Position numbers and translations under genes: made by a program. Below are positions 12,801 through 24,800 of a DNA stretch of 64,000 nt, one piece after another. The notes under the pieces are model-generated. The model saw nothing but the letters and a program-made list of their open reading frames with translations, searched no databases and had not been told where the DNA came from. Source of the stretch: Torpedo marmorata (Eukaryota); the NCBI GenBank assembly GCA_977017645.1, contig OZ360224.1, forward strand, positions 177,692,001 through 177,756,000, in the 5' to 3' direction. Each line of letters starts with the position of its first letter. Positions within the stretch are counted from its first letter, which is position 1.

Positions 12801-15800
12801 GTGTTCCGGGGCCCGTGGGCCTCTTCCGTAGGCTGCGCCAGCTCGAGCGCCGCCACCGCTTGCGAAGCTGGAGCGTGGCGGCGCATGCGTGGTTGGCTCG
12901 GCGGCGTCTTCGGCCGGGGCCGGCGTATCCATCAGTGCACATGCGCACTGATGGGCTGGGTCGACGCAGGCGCGGTTGTCTCGGCCCCGGCGGCGAGCGG
13001 TTGGAGCCGGGGCCAGCGCGTGGACTACGGAGCATGCGCGGGTGGGACCTGCGCGTTTAAATGGAGGTTCCCCCGCGCGAGTCGACAGTTGAACGCCTGA
13101 GGACGGTGAGTTAGATGTCGACAATCTCTGTCGACCGTTTAATATCGTTTGTTACCTTTGTAACACGTTTAGTACCTTTGGAAATCGTTTAATACTTTTG
13201 GAAATTATTTTTACATTATTTTACATCATTCAAGAAATGTATATATTAAAGTCTGAAGATTACTGCAAGTCTAATGTAAATAAAGGTTTTTGAACATTTT
13301 GGACTTTGCTAGTAAATTAATGAAAACGCGTCGCAGACAAACATCTAACTTAGTCTCCAAGCGACTTTTTATTGGAAGAAGTCGCTACACAACCCTTTGG
13401 TAAACTGTTTTCCCCATTGCCATCTGGAAGAAGGTACCGAAGCACTCGGGCTCGTACGTCCAGACTGTGCAACAGTTTTTTCCTTAAGCCATCAGGCTCC
13501 TCAATTCCTAGATATATATGTGTATTAGCATGTTATAGTTTTTCTATTGTATTATGATATTTATGTACATCTGCCCATGGTCCTGGAGAAACGCTATCTC
13601 GTCTTACTGTGTATATGGTAATGAACGACAAATAAAGGTGACTTGACTTGACTTAGAACCTTCAAGTTCCTGGGAGTTTTTCAGAAGACCTCTCCTGGAG
13701 CCATCATATAAAGGCAACCGTGAAGAAAGCACACCAATGCCTCTACTTTCTAAGAAGTCTGTGGAGATTTGGCATGTCATCAGATACTCTATCAAATTTC
13801 TGCAGGTGCACGTGGAAGTATACTGACTGGTTGCATCACAGCCCAGTTTGGCAATACAGGATCGCAGAAGGCTGCAGAAGGTAACAAACACAGCCAGGTC
13901 CATCACAGGCTATGACCTCCCATCCATTGCAGACATCTATATGAGGTGTTTCTTCAAGAAGGCAGCCAACATCATAAAGGATGCCCATCACCCTGGTCAC
14001 AACCTCTTCTCATTGCTACCTTCAGGCAGAAGATACAGAAGCCTGAAAATCAGCTCCTCTAGGTTCAAGAACAATTTCTTTCCAACAGCTATCAGTCTTT
14101 TGAACCTTCCCTTGGTGCACTCATAGACTGCTCCGACACCACAAAAAGACTGTCTTCTCCATTGCAAGTCACTTTTGTTACACTGAATACCTGAATATTT
14201 ATTATCTACCTTGTATGTTTATTTTCTCTTTTCGTTTAATTCAATTACTGGTAGTTCACTAACATACCGGTATTTTTTTTATTTTTATTTTTTACAGGAA
14301 GCTGTTCGGCTGCAGCAAGTCAGAATTTTGGTGCATATGTACATTGTACAATGTGTATGACAATATACTCATCATCATCACCAAATGCCATGACACTCAG
14401 TTTACCGAGAATATGTGTAAGAGTTGGAGGGCAATGGGAAGTGTAACATGACAATGTTTGACTCAACATTAGAGGCATCGTGGTTCACGTAGCGGTTAGC
14501 ACAACACTATTACAGTGACACCGATCTGGGTTTGAATCCGGCGCTGTCTGTAAGGAATTAAAAACACAATGCTGGAGAAACTCAGCTAGTCAAACAGTGT
14601 ACTTATGTAACAAAGATAAGATACATAACCAACGTTTCGGGCTTGAGCCCTTCATCAAGGTATGAAAAACAGTTGGCAGGTGCCCGGCTCAAGCACAAAA
14701 CTTTGGTTATGTATCTTTATCTTTGGTACATAAAGTATGCTGTTTGACCAGCTAAGTTTCTCCAGCATTGTGTTTTTTTTCTTCAACCACAGTGTCTGCA
14801 GACTTTCGTGTTTTGCTGCTGTCTGTAAGGAGTTTGTACATTCTCCCCGTGTCTGCGTGGGTCTCCTCTAAGTGCTCCAGTTTCCTTCCACCCTCCAAAA
14901 ACGTAGAGAGTTTATAGGTTAATTGGTGTATTTTTGCAGCACGGGCTCGTGGGCTGGAAGGGCCTGTTACCGTGTTGTATCTCTAAATTTTTTAAAATAC
15001 ACTGGGCAGGGGACAGGCTTGACTTCCCCAATGCTTCTGGACGTTGGTAGTGCTCCACAACTCTCAGATATAACACAGATGCCCTATTTGTACAGGAGCT
15101 CCAATTCCACAGGCCTAGTTCCCAGTGAGAGCAGCACCATGGCTCAGCTGTTGGATCGGCTGGCTCACCATCCCAGCTACGTCCAGTGCTGCCTCTGGTG
15201 GTGTGGAGTTTGCATGTTCTCCCTGTGACCACGTGGATTTCCTCCAGATGTTCTGCTTCCTCCCACATCCCAAAGACAATTGGGAACAAAGGTCAATATG
15301 CCACTCTAACTGCCTTTAGTACGTGGGTGAGTGGTAGAATCTCGGCAGAATTAATGGGAAAATAAAATGGAATGAGTGTAGGATTAGTGTAAGGTTGGTG
15401 TGGCCAAAAGGGCTTACTTTAATATTGCATGATGCTTCTAAACAAAGTGCTCAACAATCTCCAAGCTGCTGGAACATAGCAAAGAAAAAAATCCTCCAAA
15501 AAACAGATAATCCTCAAAACAACAGAAGAAACCAAGATATGCATTCATCTGAACTTTCAATCAGTTGATTGTCAAGAATAAACTGCACCCCACTACCACA
15601 CTGACATGTCTGTCCATGGCCTCATGTCGTGCCAAGCTGAGGTCACCTGCAAATTGGAGGAACAACACCTTGCATTCCACCTCAGTCCCCAATCTGACGG
15701 TATGAACTTCCCCACCCCCCCACCACATACCTGTTTATTCAGGTATCTGCCTGATTTTCAGCACTCCTGAAGAAAGGCCAAGCCAAAAACGTCGACTGCC

Positions 15801-18800
15801 TTTTCCTTCCTATGGACGCTGCATGACCTGTGGAGTTCATCCAGCGCTTTTGTGTACTGCACCTAGATCCCAGCACCTGCAGTCTTTCTTGTTTATCTCC
15901 AAGAATAATTTCAAAATTCTCTGACAAATCACTTATGATCATTTCACGGTATCCAATTCCGAGCAATCACATAAAATGAATCAATGAAGAAAGAAGGTTG
16001 TCCACATGATTTTCAAAGCAAGTCAATGATAATACAAAACAATATTATCAATTGATCATTGCAACTTTAGTGGAAAAATAGTACTCCTGATATTGAGGAA
16101 ATCTGAGTGCAAAGCCAGAAACAACAAAAAGTATAATTTCAGAGAAAGGCAATAAATTTTAATCTGAAGATTTTTGTGGTGAGAGTGACAAATTTACAGT
16201 CAGATTGGAGTTACATCCATTTGAAGAAAGTGAATTGGTTTGTGACTATGCTGATCCTAGAAACAGATTGTGTGCACTAGGAGGGAATACTTTCTGTAAG
16301 AGCCTTTTCAAGATTATGGTCAAAGTGGCTTCCAATTGCATTTGTATACAGATATATTTGGGAAATAACACCATGAGACAGTTAATCACAACAGTTCAGT
16401 TTTGGCCAATTCTTTAAAATTAAAGCTACAATCCTCCACAAGGAGGATAGAAAATATATGAAGCAGGTGGCCATCATGTCTGTGCTGTCCACAAATGAGC
16501 GACCAAACCCAATTCCACCTTCCAGCTATTGGTCCACAGTCCCGCAGGCCATATCTCTCCAAGTGGATGACAAGCTCTACAACAATGTAAAGAGGGTGTT
16601 TACCTCTTCCATCATCTCAAGCAGTCATCTTCAGAACCACCTCCCATCCTCTGGGTGACTTTCTATTCTCATGGCCCCTCTCTCCTTCCAACCAATCACT
16701 TCCAATCTGCGACCCCTGGTTTTTGACAACTCTGCTAAGACAACCGTGGCTTGTTGTAAACAATTCCTGGTGTGCTTATCGATAAAGGAGTATTTTTGCA
16801 GTGGAATTTCTTCCCAAAGCAGCAGTACATGGATAAGGAGACAGATTCTCATGCTGTACAAGACAGGGCAGATAGGTGGTCATCACAAGCGGAGGGAGGG
16901 GGGGTGGGGGGTTTAACTGATGACCTACAATATGAGCAGGAATGCAAGGGAACACAACCTTTCCAGTCAATCATCGAGAGAGCTTCCTGGTGATGATGGA
17001 TTTCCGATAGAGTTTTATAAGAAGTTTAAAGATTTATTGATACCTATATATATGGAAGTATTGACTCAAATAAAGGAAACTCATTTATTACCGAAAACAT
17101 TTTTAAATGCTGTTATTACAGTTATACCAAAGAAAGATAGAGATGTATTAAAAACTGAGTCATATAGACCTATATCATTGTTGAATGTAGATTATAAATT
17201 AATGGCAAAAATTTTGACAAACAGATTAGCTAAGTTTTTACCGCTTTTAATACATTCAGATCAAGCAGGATTTATTAAAAATAGATATTCGAAGGATAAT
17301 ATAGCAAGATTAATAAGTTTAATTAATTTGCAAAAAAGGAAACAGGATTTACCTTTGGTGATAACATTAGATGCAGAAAAAGCATTTGATAGATTAGAAT
17401 GGAATTTTTTATTTAAGGTTTTAGAGAAATATGGGTTTGGAAATACTTTTATAAATTGGATTAAGACTATATATAAGGAACCTACAGCTAGAGTAATTAC
17501 AAATGGTCAGATATCATCTAAATTTTCCTTGACGCGATCAACAAGACAAGGATGTCCTTTATCACCTGCTTTATTTGTATTGGCAATAGAACCGCTGGCT
17601 GAAATGATTAGGAAAGATATCAATATAAATGGGATTAAAGTAGGTGCAGAAGAGCATAAAATTAGTTTATTTGCAGATGATGTATTAATATATATGACGA
17701 AATCTATTGGATCGCTTCAACAATTAGCTAAGATACTGAGGGAGTATGGTGAGATATCTGGTTATAAAATAAATTCAGATAAGAGTGAAATAATGGCTTT
17801 ATCTCAAGGAGATTATACTAAATGTAAAGAAGTTACAGGATTTAAATGGGCTAAAGAAGCAATTAAATATTTGGGAGTTAAAGTAGATACAAAATTGGAA
17901 AATTTATATAAATTAAATTATATACCTCTATTTCAGAAAATAAATAAAGATTTGGAAAATTGGAAAGATTTACCTATAACCCTAATGGGAAGAGTGAATT
18001 GTATAAAAATGAATATCTTTCCAAGAGTTCAATACCTTTTTCAATCTATACCTTTTGGAATTGCTCAAAAATTTTTTAAAGATTTAAAAATCATTGTTAG
18101 AAAATTTTTATGGAAAGGAAAATTAGCAAGGGTAAGTATGGATAAATTAACTTGGGAATATGAGATGGGTGGATTACAACTCCCCAATTTTCAATATTAT
18201 TATAAGGCAGCACAATTAAAGTTTATTAATGAATTTTTTGATTTAACTAAATCTACTGCTTGGATTAATATAGAATTGAATAATATAGGGGAAAGATATA
18301 AGGAAGATATTATTTATAAATGGAATTCTAAATTATTATTAGTTAAAAAGAAAAAATCACCGATTATTAAACATTTACTGGAAATCTGGACTCAGTTAGA
18401 CAATGAGATAGGACGAAAAGGGTCATTATCTTTGAATATGCCATTGTATCAGAATTTATTGTTACCTTTTTCTATTGATAATCAATTTTTAAAACTATGG
18501 TTTCAAAAAGGAATTAAGAAGATTAAAGATTGTTTTGAGGCTGGAAGATTTGTTACATTCTCTAGGTTGAAAGAAAAATTTGGAATAACGGATAATACGA
18601 TTTTGGCTTATTATCAGGTTAAAGGATTTTTAGTTGAGAAATTGGGGAATCAATTAATAACTCCAAGACAGGATGGATTAGAATTATTAATTACTAATGG
18701 AAATGTTAACAAGTTTATATCACAAATGTATAGATTACTTCAGAGAAAGATGCCTAAGGTAGGATTGCATAAATCAAGATTAAATTGGGAATCAGCTTTA

Positions 18801-21800
18801 AATATTAGTATAGATGAAAAACATTGGAAAGAATTATGTAAATTGAGTATGACCAAAATTATTAATGTTAGATATAGATTAGTACAATATAATTTTTTTC
18901 ATCAATTATATTTAACACCTAAAAAATTAAAGAAATTTAATCCGGCACTATCAGATATGTGTTTTAGATGTAGGGATGAAATAGGTTCTTTTGTACACTG
19001 TACATGGTCATGTTTAAAAATTCAAAATTTTTGGTCTAAAGTTAAGGATTTTTTGGATAGAATTTTTAATATTATGGTTCCAATGGACCCTATGTTATTT
19101 TTATTTGGAGATATTAAAAAATTTAGTATTAGAAATAGATTGAATATGTATCAAATAGAATTTTTACGAATTGTTTTAGCGGTTTCAAAAAAATGTATCG
19201 CTATTACTTGGAAATCAGATTTAGATTTGAGTTTAGATAGATTACATGCAGAATTACGTTCTTGTATACCATTGGAAAAAATTACATATAATTTACATGA
19301 TAAATATCATTTCTTTTTGAAAATTTGGAGCCCATATATGAGAATTATGGGTATGAATTAATTCTCTAGAAGTTGGTACCGCTGGCAAAAATAACCTCCA
19401 ATATATAAATAGAATTAGCTTGTAATTTGTTTTCTCCTCACTTTAACTCTTTAATTCTTTATTATTCAACTCTTTTCTTTTTTTTTCTTTATAACTAACA
19501 TTCTTTTTGTTTTCTTCTTTTTTTTTTAAGAATAGTGCTAGGGGGGTTGGGGAGGGGAGGGTGGGAGGGTGGGAGGTAATATATCACATGTATTTTAAAT
19601 GATATACTATTTTTGATTCATGTATTTTGTGATTTAAAATTTAAATAAAATTATTTAAAAAAAAAAAAATCATCGAGAGAGCTTCCACACTTGTCTTTCA
19701 ATCCTGCGACTACACAGAGTCAAGATCAAATATCTTGTTGTCTCCGAGGCCTTTATACGTTGAAGGGAACATGTCACAGCCCTCCTGCACTTGCCGTTGA
19801 ATTTGGACAGCTATGACCATATTTATCACTTTGGGAAGCTTTGTACATTGTCATCTCTTGAGCCAGGAAATGATTCAACATACTCACTGCTCAGGAATGT
19901 CACTTTTACCTCACATTCCAGATTTTCAATTGTATTTTTGATGAAAACTACTGTAAAAAAGAAGGAATCTTAACAAGAAAAGCAGAGACCCCATTACAAT
20001 GGAAGAGCTTAAAATAGTAAAATTCACATTAAACAGTGTAATTAATTTTTTTCATTTCCAACAATGACTGCTATCATGCTCATTTATTTTTTGTGATATT
20101 TTCATTAATTGCAACTCCTATTTACACGTTTCAGACCCAATTTTGAGTTAAAAAATTCAGATTCGAGAAAGGGCAACATGCTGTCTGGGTTGATTTCTTT
20201 ACCTTTCCACTGACTTCCCGCACACCGTATCCCACTTGTCCCTCAGCTCGCTCAACATGTCATCGAGTTTCTGGTGATCATCGGCTAAAGTTGTCTTTTC
20301 TTTCAAGGAGCGGCCCGTCCTTACTGTGGTGTCATACACGGAATGTTTTGCTCCGACTGCTTTCTGGAACTCCTACATAATGGCAAAGAAGTCTTGTTAG
20401 CTGCAAAAACTGATCAAAACAAGCCATGAAGTCCAACTGTTCTTCGATATCGTGCATGAACTGAGGCCAATCATCCTTTTCTCTTTGGAGTTCGCTCTGC
20501 AAAGTTTCTAGAAAGAGAGACATATTCCAAAATTTCTCCATAGTAAATAAAAACTGTATCACAAATACTCTGTTGTTGGATTTGGTTGCTGGCTTTGCCT
20601 TGACTTTTTTTTTACTCTACTTCAAAATAGTTGATTAGTGATTGGCAGCATCCTTAAGATGTACAATGTACTTGACAAACTCAGGTTTAATTTTAATTTT
20701 TAATTTACAGATACAGCACGGTAACAGGCCGTTCTGGCCCACGAGCCTGCGCCACCCAAATACACCCATGTGACCAATTAACCCGTATGTCTTTGGAACG
20801 TGGGAGGAAACCAGAGCACCCGGAGGAAACCCACGCAGACATGGGGGAAGAATATACAAGCTCCTTACAGACTGCGCCAGATTCGAACCCAGGTTGTTGG
20901 CGCCATAATAGCGTTGTGCTAACCACTACACTCAGGCTCTTTGTCATTTTTCATGCAATTTGTTTAAAGAGAAGTAGTTACAGCTGTAATGAACGAAACA
21001 TGCCAGGTGACTCGCGCACACACAAATCCACTGTAGTAACATGTTGGACAGGCTGAAGGCATTTTGGCCAAGTCAGTGGTCAAACAAAGAAAAAACTGTA
21101 TATAATTGGAGATTTGATTCTTCTTTATTGAAAAGAAAGGATTTTTGTGAATATATGAGAAGAGAAATTTGGGATTTTTTAAGAATAAATAATAATTCGG
21201 TTAATGATAAATTTATGATATGGGAGGCTTTGAAAGCCTACCTAAGAGGCTTAATAATAAGTTTTTCAGCAAAGATTAAAAAAGATTATTTGAAAGAAGA
21301 AGAAAAATTAGAGAAGGAGATTGAATTTATGGAAAAGGATTTACAGAGAAATAAGTCGATTCTTAAGAGAAATCGTTTAGTGAGGAGGAAATTACATTAT
21401 AATTTATTACAAACTCGTAAGACTGAAAAACTGATAGAAAGAACAAAACAAAGATATTATGAATTAGGGGAAAAAGCTCATAAGGTTTTATCATGGCAAT
21501 TAAAAAAAGAACAAGTTTCTAAAACTATTAATGCTATAAGGAAGAGAAATAATGGGGAAATAACTTATAAGCCACAAGAAATAAATGAATCTTTTAAAGA
21601 ATATTATCAAAATTTATATAGATCGGAGATTGATCATGATGATATGAAGATTAATAGATTTCTATCTAAAATTACTTTACCTAAATTGAATGTTCAAAGT
21701 AAATATTCTTTGGATTTACCTTTTACGATGAGAGAAGTTACTGAGGCAATATCGACGTTGAAAAGTGGTAAATCTCTGGGTGATGATGGGTTTCCAGTAG

Positions 21801-24800
21801 AATTTTATAAAGAATTTAAAGATTTATTAATACCTTTATATATAGAGGTATTGAATCAAGTTACTGAAACTCATTTATTACCGAAGACATTTTTAAATGC
21901 TATTATTACAGTTATACCAAAGAAAGATAGAGATGTGTTGAAAACTGAGTCTTATAGGCCTATTTCATTGTTAAATGTAGATTATAAAATAATGGCAAAA
22001 ATTTTAGCAAATAGATTAGCTAAATACTTACCAAATTTGATACATTCGGATCAAGCTGGATTTATTAAGAATAGATATTCGAAAGATAATATAGCTAGAT
22101 TGTTAAGTCTGATTAATGTATATAAGAAGAAACGAGATTTACCATTAGTAGTAACATTGGATGCAGAGAAGGCTTTTGATAGAGTAGAGTGGAATTTTTT
22201 ATTTAAGGTCTTGGAAAAGTTTGGATTTGGAGATAAATTTATAAATGGGATTAAAACTATATATAAAGAACCTACGGCCAAAGTAGTTACAAATGGACAA
22301 GTATCGCAAAAGTTTTTGTTATCAAGATCAACAAGACAGGGATGTCCTTTGTCACCTGCTCTGTTCGTTTTGGTGATAGAACCTTTAGCTGAAATGATTA
22401 GAGAAGATATAAATATAATGGGAATAAAAGTTGGTAGGGAAGAACATAAGATTAGTTTATTTGCAGATGACGTATTAATATATATGACAAAATCTGTTGC
22501 ATCACTTCAACGATTGGCTATTATATTGACAGAATATGGGGAGATATCTGGATATAAAATTAATTCAGATAAAAGTGAGATTATGGCTTTATCTCAAGGG
22601 GATTATACTAGATGTAAAGAAGTTACGGATTTTAAATGGACTAAAGAAAGTATTAAATATTTGGGAGTTAAAGTAGATACAAAATTGGAAAATCTGTATA
22701 AATTAAATTATATACCTTTATTTATGAAAATAAAAAAAGATTTAGAGCTTTGGAAAGACCTACCGAAAACTTTGATGGGAAGAGTAAATTGTATTAAAAT
22801 GAATGTTTTTCCAAGAATTCAATATCTTTTTCAATCGATTCCTTATGGTATTCCAAATAAATTTTTTAAAGATTTAAAATTTGTTATTAGGAAATTTTTA
22901 TGGAAAGGAAAGCTGGCAAGAGTAAGTATAGATAAATTAACATGGAATTATGAGATGGGAGGGTTACAACTTCCCAATTTTCAGTATTATTATAAAGTAG
23001 CTCAATTAAAGTTTATTAATGAATTTTTTGATTTGACTAAATCGTCTGCTTGGATTAATATAGAATTGAATAATATAGGAGAAACACATAAAGAAGAGAT
23101 TATTTATAAATGGAATTCTAAATTGTTGTCAGTTAAAAAGAAAAATACACCAATTATTAAACATTTGTTAGAAATTTGGTCACAGGTAGATAAAGAAATA
23201 GGTCAAAAAGGATCAATTTCTTTAAGTACACCAATATATCAAAATCCGCTTATACCATTTTCTATGGATAATCAGTTACTTAGGTTATGGTTTCAAAAGG
23301 GAATTAAGATTTTAAAAGATTGTTTTGAAGCTGGTAGATTTGTTACTTTTCAAAGGTTAAAAGAAAAATTTAATATATTAGATAATACAATGTTAGTTTA
23401 TTTTCAAGTTAAAGCTTTTTTGATTGAGAGATTAGGGAATGAATTAGTTGCACCAAGACAAAATGAATTGGAATTGTTAATTACTAAAGTTAATATTAAT
23501 AAATTTATATCACAAATGTATAAACTGTTTCAAAGAAAGATGTCTAAAGTAGGGGCGCATAAATCTAGATTAAAATGGGAACTAGATTTAAATGTTAATA
23601 TAGATGAAAATCATTGGCAAGATTTATGTAAATTAAGTATAACTAAAGTTATAAATGTGAGATATAGATTAGTACAATATAATTTTTTTCATCATATTTA
23701 ACACCTAAAAAATTGAAGAAATTTAATTCAGCATTATCCGATATGTGTTTTAGATGTAAAAGTGAAATAGGTTCTTTTGTACATTGTACATGGTTATGTT
23801 CAAAAATTCAAGATTTCTGGTTGAAAGTTAAGAACTTTTTAGAGAGAATTTTCAATGTTGAGTTTACAATGGATCCTATGTTATTTTTATTTGGCGATAT
23901 TAAAAAATTTAGTATTAGAAATAGATTAAATATGTATCAAGTAGAATTTTTACGTATAATATTAGCAGTTTCGAAAAAATGTATAGCTATTACTTGGAAG
24001 TCAGATGTGGATTTAAGTTTAGAACGATGGCATGCAGAGTTACGTTCATGTATACCATTAGAAAAAATTACTTATAATTTACGAAATAAATATCATTTTT
24101 TCTTGAAAATTTGGGGCCCATATATGAGGATTATGGGTTTAACAATTTAAGTTCCCTAGATATCGGATCCATTGGCGAAAATACCCTCTAAGGTAAATCA
24201 GTTTTAAGTTTGTTGTCTCCTCACTCTATTTTTCTATCTTTCCTTTTTCTTTTTCTCTTTTTCTTTTACTAATATTTTATTTTATTTTTAGAGTAGCGGG
24301 GATATAGGGGTTAGGGAGGGGAGGGTGGGAAGGGGGGGAGAAAATGTAGATCACATGTATTTTTGAAATATATATAAAATTATTTTATGTATTCTGTGAT
24401 TTAAAAATTTAAATAAAATAATTTAAAAAAAAAAAAAAAAAAGTCAGTGGTCAAACTCGCCAACTATTCTCTGAACTGTGGAATCCTTCCATCCATCTAA
24501 CAGGAGAGACTGCTCCTCTAGGATGGCACGTACACACACGATATACAACAATATACATTACCTTGTGGTTTGCAAGTTGCATTTTCACCTTGTCCGGATC
24601 ATTTGCGATTTCAAGGTCAGAATCCAGGTTTTTTTCTGACTCTTCCAACCACTCCATCAATTTCTTCCAGGCTTCTTGGAACTATTGTGGAATGATTTTT
24701 AAAAAATCACTAACATTCAATGCTTTAATAACCAAATACTTGATACTTGTCCTTAAACTAAAGTCCTCTTTTACTCAAATAATTCTTGCACCTTCCAAAA

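Larger units (their letters stand above)
10760..14380 (+). mobile_element. Older Rex1/Babar LINE fragment split in two (about 10760-11383 and 13659-14380) by a younger insertion
   Basis: RT motifs ([23 protein letters not shown]); ...GTEVKRV resumes as TFKFLGV at 13659; (CAT)n tail near 14370. Confidence 0.8.
14473..14997 (+). mobile_element. V-SINE interrupted by a Penelope-derived hairpin element
   Basis: Same family as 7123-7381; the sequence resumes after the duplicated GCTGTCTGTAAGGA. Confidence 0.85.

Noticed and set aside
12633-13124. Four overlapping ORFs in the GC-rich insert
   Set aside because: High GC suppresses stop codons; no recognisable domain.
14557-14817. DNA-transposon MITE
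   Set aside because: The inverted arms are asymmetric and match the Penelope terminus at 59720-59893, so the element is retro-derived.
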